From a virus: DNA of 64,000 nt. The position numbers and the translations under genes are program-made. The stretch lies in IMG/VR virus record IMGVR_UViG_3300020045_013880, positions 140 through 64,139 of that record; one strand, written 5' to 3'. This document shows positions 1 to 10,325 of this stretch, piece by piece. The notes under the pieces are model-generated. The model did no database searches and was not told the origin of the DNA. It worked only from the letters and a program-made list of their open reading frames with translations. Numbering within the stretch: the stretch's first letter is position 1; each line of letters opens with the position of its first letter.

Positions 1-2
1 CT

Positions 3-1805
3 TACTCAAAACTATTTGGGACTTGGAGCGGTACAGGTAATATTGCTACTTATACGCTTAATTATGAGAGTAAATTTGGAGGAAATACTATTTCACGAAC
101 ACCATTAAGTTTCGATTATAATGGTTGGGTTGGAATAGGAGTAACTTCACCTACATCAGCATTAGACGTATTAGGCTCAATACAATCTACTTCGACAATT
201 TCTGCATTAAGCCTAAATTCATCATCAACAACTCTTCTTGCAAGTAATTCTGGAAATGTTGGTATTGGCACAACAACACCTAATTATAAGTTAGATGTTA
301 ATGGCGGAATATTTGCAAATGGTGGAGTTGCTCCTATATCGGGCACAACTGGTGTAGGAATAGGTACAAGTGGAGGATTTCCCGAAATATTACTTCGTGA
401 TAATAACGGTGGAGTAGATACAAAAAGTTGGGATACTTATGTTTCGGGTGCAACAATGTATAGCAGAGTTATTAATGATGCTAACACTGCTTCACAAGTT
501 TGGCAACAAGTTCAAAGAAGTGGCTCTACAATTACATCTGTAACTTTTCCTAACGGTAATGTAGGAATTGGAACAACAACACCAAGCGAGAAATTAACAG
601 TTGGTGGAAGCGGAAGCGAAAGTATAAAAATAGAATCTTCAACTAATGAAAATTGGAGAGGAATAAAGATAGGAAATACAGCTAATACTTATGCTTCTAT
701 ATTGCAAAGGCTGGATACAGGCGAACTTAGACATGAATCGGGTATAACTAGTTGGGGTGGTTTTCATACATTTTTTACTGATGGAGTAGAGAAACTCAGA
801 ATAAAACCCGATGGAAATATAGGAGTAAATACAACTACACCCATCTCAAAACTCGATGTAAACGGAGATTTAAGAGTTGTAAACGGGGGGAAATTTACTG
901 GACAAGCAGGTTCTTGGTACCCAAGCGGTGGACAGGTTTTAGTTGATTACGCATCTAATCAAGGTAGAATACAAAGTTATGACGGTTTAACTTCACAAAA
1001 TAAAGATTTATTACTTCAATGGAATGGCGGTAACATTGGAATTGGAGTTTTAAATCCAAGCTCAAAATTAGATTTAGGAAGTTCATCAATAAGTACATCA
1101 TCTTCTGTAACAAATATTTCATCATTTACAAATAATGGAATAAGAATCGTTGGTAATGGACCGGGGGCAAGTCAAGATGGAATAGTTTATCAGAGCGGAA
1201 GTAACGGTGGAGCAAGTGGCATTGCATTTGGTCGTGGAGGTTCTTGGGATACGTTTATTTCATTTTATACAAATGCAATAGCAAACACTGGAACTGGTAA
1301 TATGAATGAAAAAATGAGAATTATCGAAAATGGAAATGTTGGTATAGGTACAATTACACCAAACGAAAAACTTCATGTTATTGGTTCTGGTATATTTTCT
1401 TCTACGAGTTCAGATAATTTTGATTATGCAAGTCGTTATCAAAATATTATTTTTTCTCGTGGAGATATTCCTACAACATATACAAATGTTATTTCTAATT
1501 CTCATAGTGGAACTTTGACCGAACAAACAATGAGTTTTGAAGTTGGAAATAGTTCTACTACGAGAAATACAGCAATGACAATTAACGGTAATGGTAATAT
1601 AGGAATTGGCACATCAACACCTGCTGAAAAATTACACGTAATAGGAACTGTACAAGCAACACAATTCAAAGTTTCAGCGATGAACACGGCACCAGCAAGT
1701 GCCATAGATACAGGAACAGTTGGAGAAATCAGAGTTACAGCAACTCACATTTACGTTTGCACGGCAACAAATACTTGGGTTAGAGCATCATTAGCAACTT
1801 GGTAA
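3..1805 (+). CDS. tail fibre-like repeat protein, C-terminal part (5' end outside window)
   Basis: Frame is open from position 3, well upstream of the ORF-track ATG at 456. Many GN(V/I)GIGTTTP..KL(H/D)V repeats; ends in GEIRVTATHIYVCTATNTWVR. Confidence 0.75.
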   Translation, partial: YSKLFGTWSGTGNIATYTLNYESKFGGNTISRTPLSFDYNGWVGIGVTSPTSALDVLGSIQSTSTISALSLNSSSTTLLASNSGNVGIGTTTPNYKLDVNGGIFANGGVAPISGTTGVGIGTSGGFPEILLRDNNGGVDTKSWDTYVSGATMYSRVINDANTASQVWQQVQRSGSTITSVTFPNGNVGIGTTTPSEKLTVGGSGSESIKIESSTNENWRGIKIGNTANTYASILQRLDTGELRHESGITSWGGFHTFFTDGVEKLRIKPDGNIGVNTTTPISKLDVNGDLRVVNGGKFTGQAGSWYPSGGQVLVDYASNQGRIQSYDGLTSQNKDLLLQWNGGNIGIGVLNPSSKLDLGSSSISTSSSVTNISSFTNNGIRIVGNGPGASQDGIVYQSGSNGGASGIAFGRGGSWDTFISFYTNAIANTGTGNMNEKMRIIENGNVGIGTITPNEKLHVIGSGIFSSTSSDNFDYASRYQNIIFSRGDIPTTYTNVISNSHSGTLTEQTMSFEVGNSSTTRNTAMTINGNGNIGIGTSTPAEKLHVIGTVQATQFKVSAMNTAPASAIDTGTVGEIRVTATHIYVCTATNTWVRASLATW

Positions 1806-1815
1806 AATTTAAAAT

Positions 1816-2283
1816 ATGGAAAAGAAAACAGTTGCGGAAATAGCAAAATCACAAATTGGCGTGAAAGAATCGCCTAAAGACTCAAATAGAACTATTTATG
1901 GAAAATGGTTTGGATTAGATGGAGTTCCTTGGTGTGGAATATTTGTAAGCTGGTGTTATGCAATGGCGGGGAAACAACTTCCAAAAATTGGATTTAGTAA
2001 AGGATTTGCTGGATGTCAAACCGCAGTAGCTTATTTCAAGAAAATGAAAATGATTACTTTAAATCCAGTTGAAGGTGACATTGTTTTCTTTGATTGGAAT
2101 GGTGATGGAAGATATGACCATGTAGGTATTTTTGATAAATGGATTGATTCAAATAAAACTTTCTTTGATTCTTTTGAAGGAAACACTTCATTGATAAATC
2201 AATCAAATGGAGGTCAAGTAATGAAAAGAGAAAGACAAAATTTTAGAGTTGTATTTGTTCATCCAACAAAATTTGCGGCTTAA
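1816..2283 (+). CDS. endolysin, CHAP/NlpC-P60-like cysteine amidase
   Basis: PWCGIFVSW (catalytic Cys), GDIVFFDW, DHVGI (His) and EGNT motifs; next to membrane-protein genes. Confidence 0.85.
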   Translation: MEKKTVAEIAKSQIGVKESPKDSNRTIYGKWFGLDGVPWCGIFVSWCYAMAGKQLPKIGFSKGFAGCQTAVAYFKKMKMITLNPVEGDIVFFDWNGDGRYDHVGIFDKWIDSNKTFFDSFEGNTSLINQSNGGQVMKRERQNFRVVFVHPTKFAA

Positions 2284-2358
2284 TTTAAAAACTTTCTTTT
2301 AATTTTTGTTTAAGTATTTTATATTTGTTTTTATTATCACAAATAAACCATTTTTACA

Positions 2359-2838
2359 ATGAAAAAATTAATTTTTGCATCAATCCTAATGATTCTTTTT
2401 TCTTTATCAGAATCTCATGCCCAAACTGAGTTGAACACAAAGCAACTTGATACTTTAGGCTTGTACATTCGTCCATCAAAAAGTAAAATGATTGCTTTTG
2501 GAACAAAAAAAGAAGCAACTAAGTACGATACTTTACAAAAAGCTATTGGTATGTTCAAGGCTTCTGCTCCATTGACTCGTATTTTTATGCCTACTCATAA
2601 TCGAAGTAGTTTTGGAACTACTACTCTTATTAGTGGAACAAAAACAATTACCACTCCAATTGTAACAGCAAATTCAAAGATTTTAGTTTATTTACTTACT
2701 CCGGGTGGAACAATTGGTCATAATTATTATGTGTCTACTATTACCGCAGGAACAAGTTTTGTAATTAAGTCAGTACAGTCTAATGCAACTGACCAAACAG
2801 GAGATAATAGTACTATTGGTTACATTATAATCAATTAA
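2359..2838 (+). CDS. exported protein with Sec signal peptide and beta-rich C-terminal domain
   Basis: MKKLIFASILMILFSLSESHA|Q signal; Thr/Gly/Ser-rich beta-strand C-terminus. Confidence 0.55.
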   Translation: MKKLIFASILMILFSLSESHAQTELNTKQLDTLGLYIRPSKSKMIAFGTKKEATKYDTLQKAIGMFKASAPLTRIFMPTHNRSSFGTTTLISGTKTITTPIVTANSKILVYLLTPGGTIGHNYYVSTITAGTSFVIKSVQSNATDQTGDNSTIGYIIIN

Positions 2839-3323
2839 TGCGTAGTACTATTAAGCTATTTCTCCATGAATATTGGGATGATATTTTGGAGTATTTTGGC
2901 GGCTTGATTTTTTTCAAGTTTGGTTTTATAAATGTATTTTCTGTTTTTTTGGAGAAGTGGGGAATGACATTTGATTATGCTTATTTTGGAGCAACTGGTG
3001 GGCTTACTTGGTGGTTAATTGTTAAATACAAAGAACAAATAAAGAAAGAAAACGGAGAGCCTTACAAAAAAGTTACTTTTTTTAGAGCTATGATTTATTT
3101 GTTTTTGAGTATGATTTTTGCAGTTCTATTTACAAGTTTATTGCAAAAGTCTTTTTTGCCACAATTAGCACTACCTTTAGTTGGTTTTGGAGCTGGCTTA
3201 TTTTGGGAAGATATTTACAGGAAATTCAAGAAAATATTTGACAATGGTATCGAAGATAAAAAGGATTTTAAAACAAATTCTTCTAAAGAAGATACAGACC
3301 ATCCTAATAAGCCAGGCGGTTAA
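2838..3323 (+). CDS. membrane protein, holin candidate
   Basis: 3-4 hydrophobic segments and a charged C-terminal tail; lies in the lysis region. Confidence 0.5.
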   Translation: MRSTIKLFLHEYWDDILEYFGGLIFFKFGFINVFSVFLEKWGMTFDYAYFGATGGLTWWLIVKYKEQIKKENGEPYKKVTFFRAMIYLFLSMIFAVLFTSLLQKSFLPQLALPLVGFGAGLFWEDIYRKFKKIFDNGIEDKKDFKTNSSKEDTDHPNKPGG

Positions 3324-3651
3324 TGTAGTAAAATTGCTATGCTTTCTTAGTATTGGAAGCGTAGCAATTTTTTATATATTTTATGACAACTCGCCTTGGA
3401 TGAATCACTTCTATTTTATATCTGACAAACTGCAAATGTCTATACTGTTACTTTTTTTGACCTTACATAAAAATAAAGTTGTAGCTACTGTATCAAAAGC
3501 ATTGTACTATATTTCTTTGATACGATTGTTTTTTACTTTAGCGATGGCGACTGGTTTTATTACTGAGGAAACATTAAAATATGACTGTATAGCATTATTT
3601 TTTATAACTCTAATCATTTCGATTTACGAATGGAATATAAAGCGATTATAG
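3244..3651 (+). CDS. multi-pass membrane protein
   Basis: About 4 hydrophobic segments; the ATG of MVSKIK is the more likely start within ORF 3181..3651. Confidence 0.5.
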   Translation: MVSKIKRILKQILLKKIQTILISQAVNVVKLLCFLSIGSVAIFYIFYDNSPWMNHFYFISDKLQMSILLLFLTLHKNKVVATVSKALYYISLIRLFFTLAMATGFITEETLKYDCIALFFITLIISIYEWNIKRL

Positions 3652-3926
3652 GCAAGTTTTTTTCTTTAGCTGACATATTTTTTGCTTCTATTGCAATTTT
3701 GCTTCAAAAGAATATTCGCACATTTAAAGAAGGTTCAGACTTAGCGACTTTCGTTGTAGTAATGACATATTTTACATTAAAAATACTTTTTTTTCTGATG
3801 GAAGAGGCAAGAAAGTCGAAAAAAGAGCAACAAGAAGAAGAGTTTTTTGAAGAGTACAAAGATGATATTAAAGAATTTATAAAAAACAGAAAAAAAGATG
3901 AAATTGAGCAAATCACAGATATTTAG
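3630..3926 (+). CDS. small membrane protein (holin/antiholin candidate)
   Basis: Two hydrophobic segments and an acidic/basic tail. Confidence 0.45.
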   Translation: MEYKAIIGKFFSLADIFFASIAILLQKNIRTFKEGSDLATFVVVMTYFTLKILFFLMEEARKSKKEQQEEEFFEEYKDDIKEFIKNRKKDEIEQITDI

Positions 3927-4317
3927 CTTCATTGGTTTTCTTATCATTTGGGTAGCTATAATTCTATTTGAAGAAAAAAGAGTTTCTGATGCTAAAAAGG
4001 AAACAAGAACTTTGATTGTGAGCGACTCTTTAAAGTCAGTGACTATTTACAGTCTAAATGATAAAATAGAGTCTCAGAGACTAAAATACGAGGATTGTTT
4101 GTCTAATAATGAGCGATTAAACAATGACTTTTCCAAGACAAAATTTAAACTAAAAATCAAAGATGAAGAATGTGAACACGAAAAAGATATGCTTTTTATT
4201 GACAACATTGATGATTCTAAGTCTGGAGAGTTATTGTCTAAATTTGGACAGTTTAATAGCTTATCCGATGTCGAAAGGATGGTATTATCCAAACAGCCAG
4301 ATAGAGAACCATACTAA
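3898..4317 (+). CDS. putative inner-membrane spanin (Rz-like)
   Basis: One N-terminal TM helix then a coiled-coil-like region; overlaps the next gene out of frame. Confidence 0.45.
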   Translation: MKLSKSQIFSFIGFLIIWVAIILFEEKRVSDAKKETRTLIVSDSLKSVTIYSLNDKIESQRLKYEDCLSNNERLNNDFSKTKFKLKIKDEECEHEKDMLFIDNIDDSKSGELLSKFGQFNSLSDVERMVLSKQPDREPY

Positions 4318-4621
4318 GCTCATAATTGAAGGAATTAAGTACAAGAGAAAGTTTGAGTTTGAACTCAGAAAAATATCAGTTCTTGACAGTTTAAATTCGA
4401 GTTTAGTTGAGAGCAATTTTAAGTTGAACACAAAAATAAGAGAGTTGTATATTGATAGTATTCAAAGTAGAAAGCATATTCTAATGATAAATGACTTCCA
4501 AAAGACTACTGTAATTCCTTTTTACGAAAAAGAATTAAAGAAATCAAAAAAAAACGGAGTGTTTTTAGGTTCTTTGTCTACAATTTCACTTATTTTTGGA
4601 TTATTATATTTTTCACGTTAA
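4163..4621 (+). CDS. putative spanin partner with N-terminal signal and C-terminal TM
   Basis: KKICFLLTTLMILSLESYC signal, helical middle, C-terminal GVFLGSLSTISLIFGLLYF; overlaps the upstream gene by 155 nt. Confidence 0.4.
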   Translation: MKNVNTKKICFLLTTLMILSLESYCLNLDSLIAYPMSKGWYYPNSQIENHTKLIIEGIKYKRKFEFELRKISVLDSLNSSLVESNFKLNTKIRELYIDSIQSRKHILMINDFQKTTVIPFYEKELKKSKKNGVFLGSLSTISLIFGLLYFSR

Positions 4622-4636
4622 TCATTAATTAAAGAA

Positions 4637-5206
4637 ATGAGTATTAACAAGTTTACACCAGTAGGTTGCGGTCAAGATTGTGCCGCTTTGCCTACTTATA
4701 CAGCAGGTGCTTGTACTCCAATAAAATCAAACTCTGAAATCAGTATGGTTTTATTTAGTAGAGTTGGATTTACTAACGACCCAAAGACTGGAGGTTCTGC
4801 ATTCAATACTGAATACACTACAAGACTTTCTAACACTTCCACTACTGATGCAAATGTAATTCGCTTCAAAGAGTGTTACGCTGAGTTACCAGTTTCAGAC
4901 CCAGACACAGTAACTGATGAATTTGGAACTGTTATCCCAAAGTGGGCAAATCGTCAGATTACATTTGTTGACTCTGATATGTCTCCAGCAAATTATGAGT
5001 GGCATGAAAAAGCTCAATGTATGGGAGAAACAAGATTTTGGTATGTTATTGATGGCTATATTTATGGAGGAAAAAACGGAATTAAAGCCGTGTTTTATTC
5101 TTCACAAAGTAGCACACAAGGAGCTGATGCAGTTTCAAATAAATTTGATTGTAGTATCAGATTCAGAATGCTCGGAATTATCCCAAGAGGTTTGCTACCT
5201 GTTTAA
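4637..5206 (+). CDS. putative major tail tube protein
   Basis: 189 aa, beta-rich, Cys-containing N-terminus, followed by a terminator; no other tube-sized candidate sits before the tail chaperone. Confidence 0.45.
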   Translation: MSINKFTPVGCGQDCAALPTYTAGACTPIKSNSEISMVLFSRVGFTNDPKTGGSAFNTEYTTRLSNTSTTDANVIRFKECYAELPVSDPDTVTDEFGTVIPKWANRQITFVDSDMSPANYEWHEKAQCMGETRFWYVIDGYIYGGKNGIKAVFYSSQSSTQGADAVSNKFDCSIRFRMLGIIPRGLLPV

Positions 5207-5226
5207 ATTGAATTTTCTTAAAATTA

Positions 5227-5258
5227 AGAAAAGCCAGAGAATTTCTCTGGCTTTTTCT
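5227..5258. terminator. bidirectional intrinsic terminator
   Basis: AAAAGCCAGAGA-ATT-TCTCTGGCTTTT hairpin between convergent genes. Confidence 0.85.
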
Positions 5259-5278
5259 GATTTAAACACAAAACAAAA

Positions 5279-6457
5279 TTAACTTATTATGCAATTAGTC
5301 AAAACTTTCTCTCTATTCTTGACAAGTCCAGCTACGTATGGCCTCTTTTTATTGTCAAATTTAATAACTAAGTCTTCAACTTTTCCGAATCTATCTACAT
5401 TTTTACACATATCAACTATAAATGCTTCTTTTTTGTTCGGATGAATACGTATTGAGCGGCCGACAATCTGATAATACAAAGCAAGTGACATTGTGTCTCT
5501 TCCCATAATCACAGTATCAAGCTCTGGGTAATCAAATCCAGTAGTCAATACTCCAGAGTTTACAAGGACTTTTATTTTACCAGTTAAAAATGCTTTTATT
5601 ACAGCATCTCTTGACTTTTGGTCCATCTCTCCATCAATATATCCGTATGTAGGATTCATATTTACTATGTCTCTCGCTTCATCAAGAAATCTTACAAATA
5701 TCAGAATACTTTTACGGCCAGAAGATTCAAGTCTTCTTGATATATTTGAAATCTTCTCTGGAAAATTAATCGACTTGTGATATTCTTTTATTGACCTTTC
5801 AGTATAATCTGAACCAGTTGAGTTTTTTTCAAGTTTACTCGTATCATACTCAAAATGCTTGTCTTTAATTACAAAATATCTTAACTCAGCTAAATACTTT
5901 TCATCGAACAACTTTTTATTTTGAACGAGATATATAATATCGTGCAAAAGAGTTGACTTTTGTCTGGTTATAAATCTAAGCTCAGAACCGCCCATGGAAG
6001 AGTAAAGTCTGTAAGGAGTAGCAGTAAGTCCAATTACTTTTACTTGCATATGTCTAATTAGAGTGTTATACATTCCTTTTGTTGGCTCTACTCCATGACA
6101 TTCATCAATAATTATCAATTTTATGTGCTTGAACAAATCCAATTTCTTTACGATGCTGCCAATAGTAGCAAATGTTACCATTCCAACATTTTTATTTCCA
6201 AGAGATGCTGAGTAAACTTCTGCATAAAACCCTAAATCAGTGTACTTTTTAAAGTTCTGAACTAAAATCTCTTTCGATGGCTGGAGAATTAAAGTAGGAA
6301 CATTTATTCTTTTTATGATATTTGCAATCACAATGCTCTTTCCAGAACCAGTAGGAAGGATTATAATCCCATTTCTCTTTTTTACTTCGTAGAAATGTTT
6401 GTAAGCGTAATCTGTCGCATCTTCTTGGTACGACCGCATTTGAATTTTTGGATTCAT
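5279..6457 (-). CDS. superfamily 2 DExH helicase (RadD/YejH-like)
   Basis: LPTGSGKS, IIDECH, GLTATP, LTTGFDYP and QIVGRSIR motifs. Confidence 0.92.
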   Translation of the reverse strand: MNPKIQMRSYQEDATDYAYKHFYEVKKRNGIIILPTGSGKSIVIANIIKRINVPTLILQPSKEILVQNFKKYTDLGFYAEVYSASLGNKNVGMVTFATIGSIVKKLDLFKHIKLIIIDECHGVEPTKGMYNTLIRHMQVKVIGLTATPYRLYSSMGGSELRFITRQKSTLLHDIIYLVQNKKLFDEKYLAELRYFVIKDKHFEYDTSKLEKNSTGSDYTERSIKEYHKSINFPEKISNISRRLESSGRKSILIFVRFLDEARDIVNMNPTYGYIDGEMDQKSRDAVIKAFLTGKIKVLVNSGVLTTGFDYPELDTVIMGRDTMSLALYYQIVGRSIRIHPNKKEAFIVDMCKNVDRFGKVEDLVIKFDNKKRPYVAGLVKNREKVLTNCIIS

Positions 6458-6999
6458 TATTTTTCTTCTTTTAAGAACTGTTCAACAACATTATTTACAG
6501 CTAAAATAACTTTTGACTTGAAAATTGGGTCGTTTTTTAGTTTAGCATGAGTAGTATCAAGTAAACTGTCATTCATTGACACAATATTTTTAGCGAGTTT
6601 TGAAATAAAAGCGTTGTTCACTTCTTTTCTAAATTCTTTGGTAGAAAGTATAGAATCAAATGAAGAACGCACCATAGAAGTTACTTTTTCTTCATTTTCA
6701 TTCATTACTTTTGTGATTATCTTTGCAAACGGAGTATTGTAGCCAGAAAGATGTGACTTTATTGACTCATTTACTGATTGAGATATTTGAGAAATAATAA
6801 TTTTTTCAAGACTTACTGGCTCATAATTTTTACTTACTTTAGTCTCAATTTCTTCAATTCTACTGTTTACTGATTGAACTAATTTTGAGTTAAGAGTTGA
6901 AAGATTTTCTACCATCAATGTTAATTTTTCGATTTTTTCTAATTCTTTAGATGTCATTGTTTTTTTTAGATTATAGTTATACATATTTTGCCATTTCAT
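6457..6999 (-). CDS. hypothetical coiled-coil protein
   Basis: Packed into the minus-strand operon; true start may be the later MTSKELEK. Confidence 0.6.
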   Translation of the reverse strand: MKWQNMYNYNLKKTMTSKELEKIEKLTLMVENLSTLNSKLVQSVNSRIEEIETKVSKNYEPVSLEKIIISQISQSVNESIKSHLSGYNTPFAKIITKVMNENEEKVTSMVRSSFDSILSTKEFRKEVNNAFISKLAKNIVSMNDSLLDTTHAKLKNDPIFKSKVILAVNNVVEQFLKEEK

Positions 7000-8455
7000 T
7001 ACTCCACATTTCTGGAATGATTGGAGTTACTGAGTTTCCGATAAACTTTCCTTTGTCTTCTACTCTCCCAAATAGAACATAGTTTTTTGGGAAACCTTGT
7101 ATTTCAAGTTTTTCTTGGACAGTAAACATTCTCGTTTTTATATCCATTATTCCATACTTTACCATGAGTTTTTTAATCTCAATCATTACTTCCGAATCTC
7201 CTTCATAAATTGGAACTGAGAATTTCCCAAGGCTACAAGTAATTAGCGACAAAGGAGCTTTGTCTTGTCGTGCAACAATTACTGGGCATGGCTTATCAAC
7301 ACTATGTGTGTGAGAGCAGTATGATGGATTGTAAACTATGTGAGTGACTGCTAAAGTATCCGCAGCGGTTATTGTCGGAGATGGAAGCTCCGAAGAAATC
7401 AGATTTTTTGTTGTTCCGTGATAACTCATAATGCAAGATACTTTTGCGTGATGGTCAACTGTTGTTATAGTACCTGCTGGAGCATCAATACTTTTTACCT
7501 TTGATGATGGACTGCCTGAGTAATAAGTATCAATAAAATCAATGGAAACTAATCCCAATCTTTCTTGTGTAGCAATTACTGGAGATGGACTAAAAATAGA
7601 TGGTGAGTTGTATTTTTTATTTTTGTTCATCGAATTGTATTTTAAAAGAAATTGAGATTCTTGCATAGGAACAACAAATTTATTTATACCTGCTAAAATC
7701 CTAATTAATGTAGAATCAACTAAGTTAATTTTTCGACTAAAAATAGATTTCCCTTCATTTGTTAAATCAAGACAGTCTTTAACTGGTCTCCATTTTTTTA
7801 GCTCTGAAAACATATCTCCTTTTACTTCCTTTACATGAGTTTATTTAGGAAACTTTATTGGAAGATGCTTTTTAGCAAAACAGCCAAATAATCTAATTCG
7901 AGAAGTATTTGCACCGAAGTCTGCTGAGTTTAAAAGAGTCCAGTCGTCGTAGTAATTGAAATTCTCGTTTATAAAATGTCTCCACAAAAGCCAGTCTTTT
8001 CCTTTTGTTTTAGATTGCGGTTTTCCTTTTGAGTCAAGTGGGCCCCAACTCATAAACTCTCTGACGTTTTCAATTTGAACGTAGTCTGGGCTTAAAGATT
8101 CAATATATCTAATCAATCCCCATGCGAGAGTACGGCTATCTTCGTTTCGCTCCATTCCTCCACGAGCATTCGAGAAGTGAGTGCATTCGAGCGATGCCCA
8201 GAGAATCAATTTTGCATTTGGATATTTTAATCTTGCTCTTTTTACGCAATCAATGAGTAATTGCATATCAATCGTTAAAATATCTTCGGCAAAATGCTCC
8301 ATGTCGGGATGATTTTGCTGATGGGATTTTATCGCTACTGGGTCGTGGTTTATGCAAGCAATTACTTTTGAGTATGGACTATTCTCAAATCCAGTTGTAG
8401 TTCCTCCAGCACCACAGAATAAATCTATGATGATGAATTTTATGTTTTCTTTCAT
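6977..8455 (-). pseudogene. C5-cytosine DNA methyltransferase interrupted by one in-frame TAA (7841-7843)
   Basis: DLFCGAGG (motif I), SLECTHFS (IV), IENV (VI), R-x-R-LF (VIII) lie in 7841..8455; RMFT..E..EIQGFP and IGNSV (IX/X) lie in 6977..7813. The two parts are in one frame: KFPK*THVKEVKGDMFSELKKW. Confidence 0.85.
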
Positions 8456-8483
8456 TTTGTTTTGTGTTAGTTGTTTTTATAAA

Positions 8484-9437
8484 TTAGCTTGGCCCGCAAC
8501 TTTTTCCAAAAGCTCCAGAAGGCAAAATCCAATTTTCTGTAAAAATTTCACCGAAATATTCTTTTGAAGTTGACAATTCTATTAAATCAGTATTTATTGA
8601 ATTATATGGAACGCCTTTTGATATTAATTGACTAATTGACTCATTTCTTTTTAAAGTTACTCCAAAGTCTTTTTCATAACATTGAAGCAATTTTGATTTT
8701 TTAGGTGAAATAAAATTTGAACTTGCAAATTGGTCAGCATTTCCAAAAATACAAAACTTGCAACTGCATCGAGAAAATCCCATATAATAGCATGGGTGAG
8801 CAACGACTTTGTATTTTTTTATAATATCCCAAACCTCATTTTCTTTCCAGTCTCTAATTGGTCGAAATCTATATACTATTCTTTTATTATCAAGATTTGC
8901 TCTATCTGGCTCTAAAATATTGTATTTTGAACGAGCTTTACTTTCTTCTCCACGCTCACCAGACAAAACAAGGGTTTTTATGCCTAAAAATCTTTCTTGA
9001 TTTCTAATAGCAGTCGAACAAACATCTATTTTTAGATAAGCCGAACACCATCTTACTGAAAGACTTGGTGATATTTGAGGAAACTTTCTTCTTGTTGTTT
9101 TCTTTCCTCTAATTCCACCAGATTTTTTTAATCCATTTGGAGTTTGAAAAAATATAGGCTGAGTTAATGCGTTTTTACGCAACATTTCTTGTTTAAAACC
9201 GCCACTTTTCCAAGAAAAGTATATTTTCACATCAAATGCTTTTGCGAATTTTCTGCAATAATCTTCGGTTACTTCCCAATCCATCAAAGTTTCTCCTACT
9301 CCATCAACTAAATGATGCCACAACTCTATTTTCTCTTTATCTATCCCTAATTCTAATAAATAAAGAAAACAAGCCATTGAGTCCTTACCTCCAGAGAATG
9401 CTACTATATATTTGTCGTAGCTTTTTATTTTTTTCAT
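8484..9437 (-). CDS. PAPS reductase-family (PP-loop) protein
   Basis: AFSGGKDS PP-loop, RWCSAYLK, GERGEES..R, RPIRDW, HPCY..GFSRCSCKFC. Confidence 0.9.
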   Translation of the reverse strand: MKKIKSYDKYIVAFSGGKDSMACFLYLLELGIDKEKIELWHHLVDGVGETLMDWEVTEDYCRKFAKAFDVKIYFSWKSGGFKQEMLRKNALTQPIFFQTPNGLKKSGGIRGKKTTRRKFPQISPSLSVRWCSAYLKIDVCSTAIRNQERFLGIKTLVLSGERGEESKARSKYNILEPDRANLDNKRIVYRFRPIRDWKENEVWDIIKKYKVVAHPCYYMGFSRCSCKFCIFGNADQFASSNFISPKKSKLLQCYEKDFGVTLKRNESISQLISKGVPYNSINTDLIELSTSKEYFGEIFTENWILPSGAFGKSCGPS

Positions 9438-9832
9438 ATTCTATTGTCAATTTTATATGGCTTTGTTCCTGTCGAAATGTCAAAGAATGAAAAATTTTCA
9501 ATTATGTAGTTTTGACATCTCAAAATATAATTTACCCATTTTTCTTTCGATATTTTTTGAGTTGAACCAGCTTTAGTTACTTCAAAAAACTCAAACTCTG
9601 GATTGCAATAAACTTTAAGTTCGGTATGAATATCGAACTTATCATTTCCTGTAAAATCAGCTAAAGGCTCTACAATTGTAGTGAAATAGACTTTTTGAAG
9701 CTCTCTTTCAGTCCCAGTAAATTCATCTATTTGAATATTGTATTTACCGCCGAGTTTTGAAAGCTCTTCAATATGGTCAAGAAGTTTTTTCTTGTTCTGC
9801 GAGTCCGATAAGTCGTAAATCATAATTGTCAA
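9434..9832 (-). CDS. hypothetical protein, possibly NinB-like
   Basis: LADFTG..K.DIHTELK and GSTQKISKEKW..YI pattern. Confidence 0.45.
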   Translation of the reverse strand: MTIMIYDLSDSQNKKKLLDHIEELSKLGGKYNIQIDEFTGTERELQKVYFTTIVEPLADFTGNDKFDIHTELKVYCNPEFEFFEVTKAGSTQKISKEKWVNYILRCQNYIIENFSFFDISTGTKPYKIDNRI

Positions 9833-10202
9833 AATATTTAGTGATTACATCAACTGCTTGCTCATAAGTCCAAACAAAACAGGCGTAAGAACCAAGTCGA
9901 ATATGCTCTTCGATTGTTTTAGCTTGTTCTTGGATAGCTTCGTCAGCTTTTAACTTCCCATCTAATCTAAAAGGAGTCTCTTTTTTTATTTCCAAAAAAA
10001 GAGAATGAAAATGTTTACTTGGGTGATAAATTGGCATATCAAGTGTTTTCCAATTCTTACAACGCTTTCTTTTTACTTCCGATGCAAGGCCTTGTCCAAG
10101 TCTTATTCCTGCTGGGTCAACTGCATAAATTACTCTTGGATATTCTTTGTCCAAAAATGAACATATTCGTCCATGAAGGTTTTTTTCTTCTTTTTTTGCC
10201 AT
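9777..10202 (-). CDS. VRR-NUC-like PD-(D/E)XK nuclease / resolvase
   Basis: LDMPI...SLFLEIKK...Q...GSYACFVW pattern. Confidence 0.65.
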   Translation of the reverse strand: MAKKEEKNLHGRICSFLDKEYPRVIYAVDPAGIRLGQGLASEVKRKRCKNWKTLDMPIYHPSKHFHSLFLEIKKETPFRLDGKLKADEAIQEQAKTIEEHIRLGSYACFVWTYEQAVDVITKYFDNYDLRLIGLAEQEKTS

Positions 10203-10325
10203 TATTTTATTTTGAGTAAAAAGCCTTTTTTAATAGAAACAGATGTTTTTTCTCCATCACTAATATTGATTAAAGTTAGTGAAATTGATGCAAACAGGTA
10301 AAAGTCTAATAGTTCAATCATAGTT

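Noticed and set aside
3-1805. Diversity-generating retroelement acting on the tail fibre
   Set aside because: No reverse transcriptase gene and no template/variable repeat pair differing at adenines was seen.
8484-9437. Complete Dnd/Ssp phosphorothioation system
   Set aside because: Only a PAPS reductase-family gene is present; no cysteine desulfurase or DndD/DndE-like partner was recognised.
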